Assembly (NCBI GenBank): GCA_003164135.1
Contig: PLSD01000123.1
Span: 25,734 to 89,733 of the forward strand
Direction: 5' to 3'
DNA from: Acetobacteraceae bacterium
Lineage (GTDB): Bacteria > Pseudomonadota > Alphaproteobacteria > Acetobacterales > Acetobacteraceae
Length of the DNA stretch: 64,000 bases
Shown here: positions 9,141-21,228 of the stretch, in pieces
Position numbering within the stretch: the first letter of the stretch is position 1
How the letters are laid out: each line of letters starts with the position of its first letter
Translations under genes and position numbers: made by a program
Notes under the pieces: generated by a model
The model's database searches: none
What the model was told of the DNA's origin: nothing
Seen by the model: only the letters and a program-made list of their open reading frames with translations

Positions 9141-10877
9141 CTATCTTTGCAAAATATACTGCCCGGGCGCCGGTTCCAGGCATTTGTAACCGGCTTTGGC
9201 GTTGCCCATTGGCGGGGGTGCCACCGGCTCGCCGGAAAGCGCATCCAGCCAGGCGGTCCAGGCCGGCCACCAGGAGCCCTCGGTGAGCGTCGCCGCCTGC
9301 ATCCACTCATCGGGCGCATGGTACTTGCCTTCCGGCGGGCGGTGCAGGCTACGGTAATGCCGGTGCGGGTGGCCCGGCTCGCTCACGATTCCGGCGTTAT
9401 GTCCGCCGGAGGTGAGCACGAAAGTAAGGTCCTCAGAATTGAGCAGATGCAGCTTATGCACTGAGCGCCATGGCGCGACGTGGTCCGTTTCGGTGCCGAC
9501 GACAAAGAACGGCCCCGCGATATCGGTTAGCGAAACCGGCTTGCCCCCGGCGGGGAACTGGCCTTCCGCGAGGTTGTTGTTCTGGAATAAATGCCACAGA
9601 TATTCCGAATGCATCCGGTAGGGCATGCGCGTGGCATCCAAATTCCACGACATCATATCGTTGGGATGTTCTTCCTCGCCCAAATAATAGCGCCGCACCA
9701 GGCGTGACCAGATCAGGTCGTTGGAACGCAACGACTGGAAGGCCCCGGCCATCTGCGTACTGTCCAGATAGCCTTTTTGCCACATGATATCATCAAGAAA
9801 CGCGAGTTGAGACTCGTTGATGAACAACTGCATTTCGCCGGCTTCGGTAAAATCCGTCTGCGCGGCCAGCAGGGTGAGGCTGGCCAGCCGGTTGTCCTGG
9901 TCGCGCGCCATCGCGGCGGCGGCAATGGTGAGCAAGGTGCCGCCGAGGCAATAGCCGGTGGCGTGGATTTTTGCCGCACCGCTGATCGCCTGCACCGCAT
10001 CCAGCGCCGCCATCACGCCCTTGGTGCGGTAATCGTCGAAATGCAACTCGCGTTGTTCGGCGCTCGGGTTCAGCCAGGAAATGCAGAATACGGTGTAGCC
10101 CTGGTCCACCAGATAGCGGATCATCGAGTTATGCGGCGAAAGGTCGAGAATGTAATATTTCATCACCCAGGCTGGCACGATCAGAATCGGCTCGGGCCGC
10201 ACTTTCTCCGTGCGCGGGGCGTATTGGATCAGTTCAATCAGCTCATTACGGAACACCACCTGTCCCGGCGTGATCGCAACATCGCGCCCCGGCTGCAAGG
10301 GCAGGGGAACCGGCCCTTGCTGGGCCGTCAGCGCCAGGTCGGCAAGGAAATTCTTCAGGCCCTGCTGGAGGTTTTTGCCACCCGTCGCGCGCGTTGCGTC
10401 GATCACCTCAGGATTTAGGAACGGAATATTCGAGGGTGCGAACATGTCCAGCACTTGCCGGGTCATGAAGCTTATCATGCGCTCATGGCTGAGCGAGACA
10501 CCGTTCACACCGGTCGTTGCCAGTTTCCACCAGCGCTCGTTGAGCAGAAATCCCTGCTCGACAAAGGAAAACGGGAACCGGTTCCAGCCTGGACTGTCAA
10601 AACGATGATCGCCGGGCGCGGGCTTCACGACAGGACTGGCACTGAAGGCGGATTGCCAGAGCGTCACCGCATCGCGCAAAGCCTGATGCGCCAGGGCGGT
10701 GCGCCGGCCAGGTTTGTCCCCCATATGCGCGGCCCAGTCCATCACCGCACCAGTAATTGCTGAAGGTGACAGCCCGGCCGTCATCTTGCCTTCAGCCGCA
10801 TGCAGGGTGCGGTCGAACGCGCGCATTTCGGTCAGGTCGACCATTGAGAGTGCGTTGTTTTGTGAATCTTCAGGCAA
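9141..10877 (-). CDS. phaC: Polyhydroxyalkanoate synthase
   Basis: TPGQVVFRNELIELIQY, lipase box GYCLGG, catalytic Asp (TDHVAPW) and His (SGGHNAG), GSWWPAW. Confidence 0.95.
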   Translation of the reverse strand: MPEDSQNNALSMVDLTEMRAFDRTLHAAEGKMTAGLSPSAITGAVMDWAAHMGDKPGRRTALAHQALRDAVTLWQSAFSASPVVKPAPGDHRFDSPGWNRFPFSFVEQGFLLNERWWKLATTGVNGVSLSHERMISFMTRQVLDMFAPSNIPFLNPEVIDATRATGGKNLQQGLKNFLADLALTAQQGPVPLPLQPGRDVAITPGQVVFRNELIELIQYAPRTEKVRPEPILIVPAWVMKYYILDLSPHNSMIRYLVDQGYTVFCISWLNPSAEQRELHFDDYRTKGVMAALDAVQAISGAAKIHATGYCLGGTLLTIAAAAMARDQDNRLASLTLLAAQTDFTEAGEMQLFINESQLAFLDDIMWQKGYLDSTQMAGAFQSLRSNDLIWSRLVRRYYLGEEEHPNDMMSWNLDATRMPYRMHSEYLWHLFQNNNLAEGQFPAGGKPVSLTDIAGPFFVVGTETDHVAPWRSVHKLHLLNSEDLTFVLTSGGHNAGIVSEPGHPHRHYRSLHRPPEGKYHAPDEWMQAATLTEGSWWPAWTAWLDALSGEPVAPPPMGNAKAGYKCLEPAPGQYILQR

Positions 10878-10953
10878 GCATCACCTCCAGAACGTTTCCC
10901 CTGAGATCAGGGGATCTGCGCCTGTTTATATCAGAAAAAGGCCAGATTTTACG

Positions 10954-10967
10954 TCGATTCAAGTCAA
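10954..10967 (-). promoter_or_regulatory. FNR/FixK-type box upstream of phaC
   Basis: Minus strand TTGAC-TTGA-ATCGA, 8/10 match to TTGAT-N4-ATCAA, about 80 bp upstream of the start. Confidence 0.5.
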
Positions 10968-10984
10968 ACGTGTGAAATCAGGTA

Positions 10985-11689
10985 TCAATGATGCGGGTGC
11001 CCCCCGCCGCCAGGTCCGCCGCCGCCATGCCATCCGCCGCCGCCGCCGTTCCAGCCGCCACCGTGCCAGCCACCCCCACCGCCATGCCAGCCGTTTCCGC
11101 CGCCGATCCATATGCCGCCGCCGTAAACAAACGGAAACGGCGGATAGAGGTAGCCGTAGGCCGGATAATAGGCATAAGGCGGCGGGTACTCGTAATAGCC
11201 TGGCGCATAGCCACCGGCCGCTTCGGGCGGCATCGGGGGCACCTTGTTTCCCATCGAGGCCATGCATTGCATATAGGTAATGTCGTATTGCCGTTGCAGA
11301 TCGTAAGCCGACGCCTGCGCGTTATTCGCACCTGCGGCGGACCCCACCAGCAAGCCCGTTCCAGCACCAATAGCAGCCCCCGCGCCGACGTTGCCCGAAA
11401 CCGAGCCGATCGCGGCACCCGCCAAAGCCCCCACCGCAGTGCCCACAACGGCACTGCCCACGGCGGCCTGATTGGCGGCTTGTGTAGGCGAGGAATAACC
11501 GATGCTCTGTGCCGCAGCGGCGCGGCAACTTGAGTCGTCGGCCTGAAACACTGAATAGCTTACTCCCGGACCAGGCATAACCGCTACGCTCGGGCCGGTA
11601 GGCGGTGCCACCGCACAGCCGCCAAGCCCGGCCAGAAACACTACGCCAAGCGCATGTTTCGAAAATTTTATCTTCTGCATATCTCGCAT
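10985..11689 (-). CDS. Glycine-zipper lipoprotein with Tyr/Pro- and Gly/Trp/His-rich tail
   Basis: Lipobox LGGC, GTAVGALAGAAIG zipper, Cys pair; GGAGG RBS 8 nt before ATG 11689. Confidence 0.8.
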   Translation of the reverse strand: MRDMQKIKFSKHALGVVFLAGLGGCAVAPPTGPSVAVMPGPGVSYSVFQADDSSCRAAAAQSIGYSSPTQAANQAAVGSAVVGTAVGALAGAAIGSVSGNVGAGAAIGAGTGLLVGSAAGANNAQASAYDLQRQYDITYMQCMASMGNKVPPMPPEAAGGYAPGYYEYPPPYAYYPAYGYLYPPFPFVYGGGIWIGGGNGWHGGGGGWHGGGWNGGGGGWHGGGGPGGGGHPHH

Positions 11690-11778
11690 ATCCCGTACCT
11701 CCGGCAAATAAATTTCCAGGACGAAGACCCCTGCCAGCCATATGGCGCCATATTTAGGCGTTTGAACTTGGGTTGTCG

Positions 11779-13732
<1,954 letters not shown>

Positions 13733-13736
<4 letters not shown>

Positions 13737-14014
13737 GCGAGCCGGAAGACGACGATCCCCTGGTGCAAAACGTGCATCTGCGCGGCGAGCGCCACCAGCG
13801 CTGGTTGCGCGAGGGCGAGGCCTCCACCGCGCAACGCCTGGCGCAGATCGGCGTGCTCGGCTGGATCATCGTCGTGCCCATGCTTATCGGCATTTTTATC
13901 GGCCACTGGCTGGACCACAGGCTGAACACCGGCATTTTCTGGACCGCGCCGCTGCTGTTCGTGGGGCTGGCATTTGGCTGCTGGTCGGGCTGGAAATGGA
14001 TGCAAAGCGCATGA
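13733..14014 (+). CDS. atpQ: N-ATPase AtpQ (AtpZ/AtpI family) membrane protein
   Basis: Two TM helices GVLGWIIVVP...GHWLD; position after atpC. Confidence 0.85.
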
Positions 14015-14265
14015 GCGCGGCACTCTACCTGCTCGCCGGTTTCGCCGCCGGGCTGCTGTATTTCTATGCCGTCTGGCGCAGCGCCAATCTGTTCGCGGCC
14101 GGCGGCGCCTGGGCGGCGGCGGGGCTGACCCTGGCGCGCATCGGTTTGCTTGGCGGCGCGCTGGCACTGGCCAGCCGCCACGGGGCACTGGCGCTGCTGC
14201 TCATGGCGCTCGGCGTGCTGGCCGCCCGCCCGCTGGTGCTGCGCCGCTACAAGGTGGCGGCATGA
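14011..14265 (+). CDS. atpR: N-ATPase AtpR membrane protein
   Basis: Hydrophobic 84 aa with membrane Arg residues (LARIG, LAARP); diagnostic position in N-ATPase operons. Confidence 0.8.
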   Translation: MSAALYLLAGFAAGLLYFYAVWRSANLFAAGGAWAAAGLTLARIGLLGGALALASRHGALALLLMALGVLAARPLVLRRYKVAA

Positions 14266-14954
14266 TCTCCCCGCTCAGCAACCCGCCGCTGTTCCACCTC
14301 GGCCCGGTGCCGATTACCGAGCCCGTGGCCGCCACCTGGGGCATCATGCTGGTGCTGGTCTGCGGCAGCGCGTTGCTCACCCGCCGCCTGGCTTTGGTGC
14401 CGGGCAAAACCCAGGCGGCGCTGGAACTCATCGTCACCACCGTCGACAGCCAGATCCGCGACACCATGCGCGTGGAGCCCGCCCCCTACCGCGCGTTCAT
14501 AGGCACGCTGTTTTTGTTCATCTTTGTCGCCAACTGGTCCTCGCTGCTGCCCGGCGTGGCGCCGCCCACCGCGCATCTGGAAACCGATGCCGCGCTGGCG
14601 CTGCTGGTGTTCCTCGCCGTCATCTGGTTTGGCATCCGTGCCGGTGGGATAGGGGGGTATCTCGCCAGTTTTGCCTTCCCCAACCCGGTGATGATCCCAC
14701 TCAACTTCATCGAAAGCCTGACCCGCACCTTCTCCCTGCTGGTGCGCCTGTTCGGCAATGTCATGAGCGGCGTGTTCATCGTCGCCATCGTGCTTTCGCT
14801 CGCCGGGCTGCTGGTGCCGATCCCGCTCATGGCGCTGGACCTGCTCACCGGCGCCGTGCAGGCCTATATTTTTGCCGTGCTGGCGATGGTGTTCATCGCC
14901 GGCGCGCTCGCCGAACCTAAACCCGAAACCCCCAGCACAAAGGCTCCCCCATGA
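14262..14954 (+). CDS. atpB: N-type ATPase a subunit
   Basis: RTFSLLVRLFGN with essential Arg, VQAYIFAVL. Confidence 0.95.
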   Translation: MISPLSNPPLFHLGPVPITEPVAATWGIMLVLVCGSALLTRRLALVPGKTQAALELIVTTVDSQIRDTMRVEPAPYRAFIGTLFLFIFVANWSSLLPGVAPPTAHLETDAALALLVFLAVIWFGIRAGGIGGYLASFAFPNPVMIPLNFIESLTRTFSLLVRLFGNVMSGVFIVAIVLSLAGLLVPIPLMALDLLTGAVQAYIFAVLAMVFIAGALAEPKPETPSTKAPP

Positions 14955-15196
14955 ACTGGTTGGCGTTTGCTAGCATCATCTCCGCCGCGCTCGCGGTCTC
15001 CTTCGGCGCCATCGGCCCGGCCCTTGGCGAAGGCCGCGCGGTGGCCGCCGCGATGGACGCCATCGCCCGGCAGCCCGAGGCGGCGAACACCATTTCCCGC
15101 ACGCTGTTTGTTGGCTTGGCGATGATCGAGACCATGGCCATCTACTGCCTGGTCATCGCGCTGCTGCTGCTGTTCGCGAACCCGCTGCTGAAGTGA
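14951..15196 (+). CDS. atpE: N-type ATPase c subunit
   Basis: ARQPE loop, extra Glu in helix 1 (GEG), helix-2 motif IETMAIY. Confidence 0.96.
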   Translation: MNWLAFASIISAALAVSFGAIGPALGEGRAVAAAMDAIARQPEAANTISRTLFVGLAMIETMAIYCLVIALLLLFANPLLK

Positions 15197-15200
15197 CGCC

Positions 15201-15920
15201 ATGAGCATCGACTGGTGGACGCTTGGCCTGCAGGCCCTCAACGTCCTCATCCTCATCTGGCTGCTGGCGCGCTTCTTCTGGCGCCCCGTCGCGGGGATGA
15301 TCGAACAGCGCCGCGCCGCCGCGCAAACCCTGCTGGACGAGGCTGCTACCAAACGCGCGGCGGCCGAGGCGGCGCTGGCCGAAATCACCAAAACCCGCGC
15401 CGGCTTCGCCCAAGAGCGTGAGGCGATACTGGCCACCGCCAAGGCCGAGGCCACCACAGCCCGCGCCGCGTTGCTGGCCGAGGCGGGCAAGGAGGCCGAG
15501 ACGCTGAAGCACGCCGCCCAGGAAGCCATGGACGCCGCGCAGCAAGCCGCCTCCCAGAGCTGGCGGGACCACGCCAGCCGCCTCGCCGTGGACATCGCCG
15601 CGCGCCTCGCCGCCCGGCTGCAAGGCGAGGCGGTGCAGGCGGCGTTTCTGGAATCTTTGCTGAGCGAGATACGGGCATTGCCCGGCGCGGCGCGGCAGGC
15701 GCCCGCGCTGGACGTCTTCAGCGCCACCGAAATCCCTCCCGCCGCGCAAACTTCCATCGCCGCGCAAATCACCGCCGCCCTGGGCACCGCGCCGCAACTC
15801 ACTTTCCAAACCGAGCCCACGCTGATCGCCGGCCTGGAACTGCGCGGCGCCCATCTGTCCATCAAAAATAGCTGGCGCGCGGACCTCGACCGCATCCTCC
15901 AAGATCTCACCCATGACTGA
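15201..15920 (+). CDS. atpF: N-type ATPase b subunit with delta-like C-terminal extension
   Basis: MSIDWWT.GLQ..N TM helix, Ala-rich coiled coil, C-terminal LIAGLEL; no separate atpH in the operon. Confidence 0.92.
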   Translation: MSIDWWTLGLQALNVLILIWLLARFFWRPVAGMIEQRRAAAQTLLDEAATKRAAAEAALAEITKTRAGFAQEREAILATAKAEATTARAALLAEAGKEAETLKHAAQEAMDAAQQAASQSWRDHASRLAVDIAARLAARLQGEAVQAAFLESLLSEIRALPGAARQAPALDVFSATEIPPAAQTSIAAQITAALGTAPQLTFQTEPTLIAGLELRGAHLSIKNSWRADLDRILQDLTHD

Positions 15921-17436
15921 CAACGCCCCTCTCCCGGACGCATGGCTGGCCGAGGCTGATGCCAAACTCGGCGCCGCGCAACTTGGCCCGCATGCGGATC
16001 AGGTCGGCCGCGTCGAGGAAGTCGGCGACGGCATCGCGCTCATCTCCGGCCTGCCCGGCGTGCGGCTGGACGAGCTGCTGCAATTCGAATCCGGCCAATT
16101 CGGCTTTGCCCAGGTGCTGGAGCGCGATCGCATCGGCTGCGTGCTGTTCGACGATGCCGACGCCATCCATGCCGGCGAGGCCGTGCGCGGCACCGGCGAT
16201 GTGGTGCGCGTCCCCACCGGCCCAAACTTGCTCGGCCGCGTCCTCGACCCCCTCGGCCGCCCGCTCGACGGCAAAGGCCCGATCACCGGCGCTCCGCTCA
16301 TGCCCATTGAACGCCCCGCCCCGGCGATCGTCGACCGCGAACTGGTCACCCAGCCGGTGCAGACCGGCCTGGTGGTGGTGGACGCTTTGTTCGCCCTCGG
16401 GCGTGGCCAGCGCGAACTCATTATCGGCGACCGCGCCATCGGCAAATCCACCCTCGCCATCGACACCATCATAAACCAGCGCGACAGCGACATGATCTGC
16501 GTCTACATCGCCGTCGGCCAGAAAACCTCCGCCGTGCGCCGCGCCATCGACGCCATCCACACCAAGGGCGTGCCCGAGCGCAGCATCATCATCGCCGCCG
16601 GCGCCTCCAGCTCGCCCGGCCTGCAATGGATCGCCCCTTTCGCCGGCTTCACCATGGCCGAATATTTCCGCGACCTCGGCCAGCATGTGCTGGTGGTGAT
16701 CGACGACCTGACCAAGCACGCCGCCAGCCACCGCGAAATCGCGCTGCTCACCCGCCAGTCACCGGGGCGCGAGGCGTATCCGGGCGACGTGTTCTACGTC
16801 CACGCCCGCCTGCTGGAGCGCGCCGCAAAACTCAGCACGGCCATGGGCGGCGGCTCGATCACGGCACTCCCCATTGCCGAGACCGATGCCGGGAATTTAT
16901 CCGCCTACATCCCTACCAACCTGATCTCCATCACCGACGGCCAGATCGTGCTGAGCAGCAAGCTGTTCCACGAGGGCCATAAGCCCGCGGTCGACGCCGG
17001 CACCAGCGTCAGCCGCGTCGGCGGCAAAACCCAGGCGCCCGCGTTGCGCGAGGCGGCGGAGACACTGCGGCTGGACTACGCGCAGTTTTTAGAGCTGGAA
17101 ATGTTCTCCCGCTTCGGCGGCATGCCGGAAACGCGGGTGCGCAACCAGCTCACACGCGGTGCGCGCATCCGCGCCATTTTGCGCCAGCCGCAGCACGCGC
17201 CTTTGCGGTTGTCAGAGGAGGTGGCGTTGGTGCTGGCCGTGCAAGCGGGCGTGCTGGACACGCTGGAGGTGTCAGCCATCGACAATTTCCGCCAGGACCT
17301 GCGCGAAGTGCTGGAACGCGACGTGCCGCAAATCGTGAAAAGCATCCAGCAAACCGGCATGCTGGACGATGCCGCCAAAGCCACCCTGCTCGCGGCACTC
17401 GCCACCTACGCAAAAACCTTCCCGGCAGCAAAATGA
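15913..17436 (+). CDS. atpA: N-type ATPase alpha subunit
   Basis: [49 protein letters not shown]. Confidence 0.96.
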   Translation: MTDNAPLPDAWLAEADAKLGAAQLGPHADQVGRVEEVGDGIALISGLPGVRLDELLQFESGQFGFAQVLERDRIGCVLFDDADAIHAGEAVRGTGDVVRVPTGPNLLGRVLDPLGRPLDGKGPITGAPLMPIERPAPAIVDRELVTQPVQTGLVVVDALFALGRGQRELIIGDRAIGKSTLAIDTIINQRDSDMICVYIAVGQKTSAVRRAIDAIHTKGVPERSIIIAAGASSSPGLQWIAPFAGFTMAEYFRDLGQHVLVVIDDLTKHAASHREIALLTRQSPGREAYPGDVFYVHARLLERAAKLSTAMGGGSITALPIAETDAGNLSAYIPTNLISITDGQIVLSSKLFHEGHKPAVDAGTSVSRVGGKTQAPALREAAETLRLDYAQFLELEMFSRFGGMPETRVRNQLTRGARIRAILRQPQHAPLRLSEEVALVLAVQAGVLDTLEVSAIDNFRQDLREVLERDVPQIVKSIQQTGMLDDAAKATLLAALATYAKTFPAAK

Positions 17437-18281
17437 CCGAGCGCCTCGCCGACATTAACGCGCGGATCGAGGGCATTACCCAGCTTGGCACGGTGATGAA
17501 CGCCATGCGCGGCATTGCCGCCGCTCGTGCCCAGCAGGCACGCAGCCAGCTCGCCGCCGTGGAGCACTATGCCGCCGGCATCACTGCAGCCATCGGCCGT
17601 GCGCTGAGTTTTCTTCCCGCCAGCCCGGCCGATGACCATGGCCCGCGCCGTGCCGCGCTGGTGCTGTTCTGCGCGGAGCAGGGTTTTGCCGGCGCCTTCA
17701 GCGAACGTGTTCTGGATGCCGCCGGAGCAGACCTGCGCACCAGCGAACTCTTTCTCATCGGCACCCGCGGCCTCACCGCCGTTCAGGAACGCGGCATCAC
17801 CCCCGGCTGGAGCAGCCCGCTGCCCGCCCATTCAGCCGGCATCCCCCGCCTCGCCGACTCCATCGCCCAGGCCCTGTATCAGCGCATCGCCACCGCCGGG
17901 CTGAACCAAATCGACGCCATGTTTAGCATTTTTCAGCCGGGGCAGGCGATCACAATCACCCGCCTGCGGCTGCTCCCCTTCGACACCACCGCCTTCCCCC
18001 GCACCGCGCCTGGCGGCATGCCCGTGCTCAACCTCGCCCCGGAGGCGCTACTGCACGGGCTGATGGCCGACTACGTCCACGCCCAGCTTTGCAGCGCCGG
18101 GCTGCACGGTTTCGCCGCTGAAAACCAGGCGCGCATGGAGGCCATGGCCTCGGCGCATCAACAGGTCGAGCGCCAGCTTAGCAGCCTGCAATCAACGCAG
18201 CGCGTGGTGCGCCAGGAGGAGATCACGGCGGAAATCATTGAGCTTGCCGCCGGTGAAACAGCGAGCCGGGACATTATATAG
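17433..18281 (+). CDS. atpG: N-type ATPase gamma subunit
   Basis: [37 protein letters not shown]. Confidence 0.94.
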   Translation: MTERLADINARIEGITQLGTVMNAMRGIAAARAQQARSQLAAVEHYAAGITAAIGRALSFLPASPADDHGPRRAALVLFCAEQGFAGAFSERVLDAAGADLRTSELFLIGTRGLTAVQERGITPGWSSPLPAHSAGIPRLADSIAQALYQRIATAGLNQIDAMFSIFQPGQAITITRLRLLPFDTTAFPRTAPGGMPVLNLAPEALLHGLMADYVHAQLCSAGLHGFAAENQARMEAMASAHQQVERQLSSLQSTQRVVRQEEITAEIIELAAGETASRDII

Positions 18282-18401
18282 GGCCAATGCGGCCGGATTG
18301 GCGTGCATCATGGCGCCGCAGGGAGCAAAGTGCTTTGTGGAACATTCGGCGTTGCCGTGGAGGCTGCTTTCCCCAGTAACGCCGTTGGTAGGGGACTACG
18401 G

Positions 18402-19499
18402 ATGAGCACCTTGTTAACGCCGCTGCATGCGCCGTCTTGGACGAACGAGGTTTTTCTCGGCCGCGTCATCGCCGCTTACGTCATGCGCGGGGAAAATGTT
18501 TACCCGGTGTGGGAAACGGTGTTGCTGGAAACGCCATTCTGTTCGCTCCGCCGCTTTGGCTACGGCCTGCCCGCCGAGGTGCCGCGCGTTCTGGTGGTGG
18601 TGCCGCTCTCTGGCATCCGTGCCCCGATGTTTTACGATATGTTGAGCGACCTGCTTCCCGATTTTGATCTGCATGTGCTGTTCTGGGCGGACCCGGTGAA
18701 CATCCCGGTTGAGGACGGCCCGTTCGGGCTGGACGATAATATTGCCTGCGTGCACGAGGCATTGCGCTTGCTCGGTCCCGGCACGCATCTGCTCGGGCTT
18801 TGCCAGTCCGCCCTGCCGGCGTTGGCCGCCACCGCGCTGCTGGCGGTGGATCACGACCCGGCGTGTCCCGCGTCCCTGGCGCTGCTGGGCGGCAAGCTCG
18901 ACACGCGCATCAACCCGGCGCGGGTGGATGTGATGATGCGCAGCTATTCGCGGGAGGTTTTCGCGCGCCAGGTGCTCACCACGGTGCCGTCATTTGAACC
19001 GGGGCATGGCCGGCTGGTCTATCCGGCGCGTTTGCAGGAGATGATGATGCTCGCCTACGTCGGCCGCCACATGCTGAGCGGCGGCGAGGTTTTCAGGAAA
19101 ATGCTGCATGACGACGGCGATGACATCGCCGCGCACCCGTTTATCCACCTGCTGCTCTCCGCTGTGGCCGTTCCAGGTGAGTTCTTTCTCGATACGCTGG
19201 CCACCGTGTTCCAGGACTGCGCGCTCGCCAAGGGCCGGATGATGTGGCGCGGCATCGCCATCGATCCCGGCGCGATCACCCGCACCGCCCTGCTGACCAT
19301 CGAGGCGGCGCGCGACGACATCGCCGGGCTGGGCCAGACCCATGCCGCGCACGGGTTATGCGGCGCGCTGGCGCCAGACTTGCGTGCGCATCATGTGCAG
19401 GAGGAAATCGGCCATTTCGGCCTGTTCCACGGCAAGGTGTGGCGGGGCGAAATTTTACCGAGGCTATCCGCGTTCATCACGGCGCACCCTGGTCCATAG
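18402..19499 (+). CDS. Divergent intracellular PHA depolymerase (PhaZ-like)
   Basis: VLVVVPLSG, nucleophile box GLCQS, DTRINP, RLVYP, RDDI.G.GQT, GHFGLF; aligns by eye with phaZ at 46448. Confidence 0.8.
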   Translation: MSTLLTPLHAPSWTNEVFLGRVIAAYVMRGENVYPVWETVLLETPFCSLRRFGYGLPAEVPRVLVVVPLSGIRAPMFYDMLSDLLPDFDLHVLFWADPVNIPVEDGPFGLDDNIACVHEALRLLGPGTHLLGLCQSALPALAATALLAVDHDPACPASLALLGGKLDTRINPARVDVMMRSYSREVFARQVLTTVPSFEPGHGRLVYPARLQEMMMLAYVGRHMLSGGEVFRKMLHDDGDDIAAHPFIHLLLSAVAVPGEFFLDTLATVFQDCALAKGRMMWRGIAIDPGAITRTALLTIEAARDDIAGLGQTHAAHGLCGALAPDLRAHHVQEEIGHFGLFHGKVWRGEILPRLSAFITAHPGP

Positions 19500-19545
19500 C
19501 GGGTCAATAATGCTCCCTGGGCTGCAAAAATGATGCCTATCGTAT

Positions 19546-19559
19546 TTGACTGAAATCAA
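19546..19559 (+). promoter_or_regulatory. FNR/FixK box upstream of the CBS gene
   Basis: TTGAC-TGAA-ATCAA. Confidence 0.7.
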
Positions 19560-19670
19560 TGTGAAGTTCCTCGGCAGGTGCAACCCTGAAATTTATGATA
19601 GGCTCATAACAAAGCCTGTTGGCTCCGGGTCCATCCGGGGCAGACTTGTTGAACTGAAAGGGATAAACTC

Positions 19671-20156
19671 ATGTCCGAAAGATTTGGCGCAACGGCCAGC
19701 ATAACCGCGGCTGATATTATGAGCCGCAAGGTTGTTGTTGCGCACCCGGCCGATAGCGTCGCCACCGTCGCCCGGCAGCTTGCCGCCCATGGCATCAGCG
19801 CCGTACCCGTGGTGGATGCCGAGGGTAAATTGCTTGGCATGGTAAGCGAAGGCGATATCATGCGTCCGTTCGGCGCCAAGAACCAGATGCGCCGCGCCTG
19901 GTGGCTGGAAATGCTGGCTGAGGGCGAAGATCTGGCGCCGGATTTTCTGGAGTACATCAAGCAGGACAATCGGAAGGCGTCGGACCTGATGACCCGCGAC
20001 GTGATTGGCGCGCCAGAGACGGCGACCGTGGGTGAAATCGCTGATCTGTTGACCGAGCATCACGTCAAGCGGGTGCCGGTACTCAAAGATGGCCATGTCG
20101 TGGGCATCGTCAGCCGCGCGGATATCGTGCGCGCCCTGGCGCAGCATAAACTTTAA
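19671..20156 (+). CDS. CBS-domain pair protein
   Basis: ADIMSR...ISAVPVVD..GKLLGMVSEGD; DLMTRD...VKRVPV...VVGIVSRAD. Confidence 0.92.
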   Translation: MSERFGATASITAADIMSRKVVVAHPADSVATVARQLAAHGISAVPVVDAEGKLLGMVSEGDIMRPFGAKNQMRRAWWLEMLAEGEDLAPDFLEYIKQDNRKASDLMTRDVIGAPETATVGEIADLLTEHHVKRVPVLKDGHVVGIVSRADIVRALAQHKL

Positions 20157-20171
20157 TAAGGGAGTAAAAAA

Positions 20172-20639
20172 ATGCCACATTATTTACGGCTTCTAATCGT
20201 TGTTGCCGACGGCGAGCATGCCCGTTTCGTCCGCGCCAAGCAGGATAACGCGCTTTACACCGATGCGGCTTTTGATTCAGCCGCCGCGCACAAGCGCTCG
20301 TCGGATCTGGGCTCGGATCATCCCGGCGCTTCGTTTCACACCGGCTCCACGGTGCGTAACTCAATTGCGCCCGAACATGACCTGCACGATCAGGAAAAAG
20401 AGAAATTCGCGCATTACGTCGCGAAAGAAATCAACGAGGCGGCCATCGCCGGCACCTTCGACGAACTGGTGATCGTGGCACCCGCGCATAGCCTGAACGC
20501 GATCCGCGCGGCGCTTGATCCGGCGGCCGAAACAAAAATCATCGGCACGCTGGCGAAAGACCTGGTGAAAACGCCCGACCACGAGTTGCAGCCCCATGTC
20601 AGCGAATGGGTGCGTGCGGTGGACCGGAGCGGGCATTAA
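20172..20639 (+). CDS. Host-attachment family (AtsE-like / baeRF-related) protein
   Basis: LIVVADGEHARF, SDHPG, EKEKFA, DELVIVAP, AKDLVK. Confidence 0.85.
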   Translation: MPHYLRLLIVVADGEHARFVRAKQDNALYTDAAFDSAAAHKRSSDLGSDHPGASFHTGSTVRNSIAPEHDLHDQEKEKFAHYVAKEINEAAIAGTFDELVIVAPAHSLNAIRAALDPAAETKIIGTLAKDLVKTPDHELQPHVSEWVRAVDRSGH

Positions 20640-20646
20640 CACTTAA

Positions 20647-20683
20647 AAGGGGAGCACGGGCGCCTTGGCGTCCATGCTCCCTT
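20647..20683. terminator. Hairpin between convergent genes
   Basis: gggagcacgggcgcc-tt-ggcgtccatgctccc imperfect stem. Confidence 0.6.
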
Positions 20684-20708
20684 GCGTAGCTTCGCTCGCT
20701 CTCGCAGA

Positions 20709-21023
20709 TTAAGGTGCGGTGCTGCCCGAGAGTGCTGGCTTTGTAATCGTTATCTTCGGCACCACGACGTTGGACCCGCCGCCACCACCACCGGTCACGC
20801 CAGGAGTCATAGTAGCGCCGCCGGCGCCATTGGTCATGGAACTGCCGGGTGATTGCTGGCGCATCGTGCCGTTGGCATTCACGCCGTTCACCACATTAAC
20901 GCCAGGACCATACATCGCATGCGAGTCGGAATTGATCCCGGACTTCACATCAGAGCCGGTTTGCGCCAGGGCGGCACCGGAAAATGCCAGACAAAACGCA
21001 GTGCCGATTAACCAACGAGACAT
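20709..21023 (-). CDS. Small low-complexity secreted protein
   Basis: Signal peptide MSRWLIGTAFCLAFSGAALA|Q; Gly/Ser/Asn-rich mature part. Confidence 0.65.
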   Translation of the reverse strand: MSRWLIGTAFCLAFSGAALAQTGSDVKSGINSDSHAMYGPGVNVVNGVNANGTMRQQSPGSSMTNGAGGATMTPGVTGGGGGGSNVVVPKITITKPALSGSTAP

Positions 21024-21135
21024 CAAACCACCCTTTACAAAATCCATTGCCGGTTCACCGCCGCCACGCTGCGGCAAACCGTGCCGCAAGGCAATAACCA
21101 GATACTTTTTATAGACGCGCCCAGCGGAACAGGCC

Positions 21136-21149
21136 TTGATCGACATCAA
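21136..21149. promoter_or_regulatory. Perfect FNR/FixK box upstream of the small secreted protein gene
   Basis: TTGAT-CGAC-ATCAA. Confidence 0.75.
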
Positions 21150-21228
21150 TCCCGCCAAGGCCGTGACTCTATAAGGACGCGGCCGACGTCAGATCAAGTA
21201 CGGGCACCAATTTTACGCAGGCCGAAGG

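Noticed and set aside
9361-9372. Partial match to the tRNA-Leu 3' end as a possible att site
   Set aside because: Only about 11 bp, inside phaC coding sequence; expected by chance
10990-11130. GCC-rich repeats resembling a tandem array or CRISPR
   Set aside because: They encode the Gly-rich tail of the lipoprotein; no repeat-spacer structure and no cas genes
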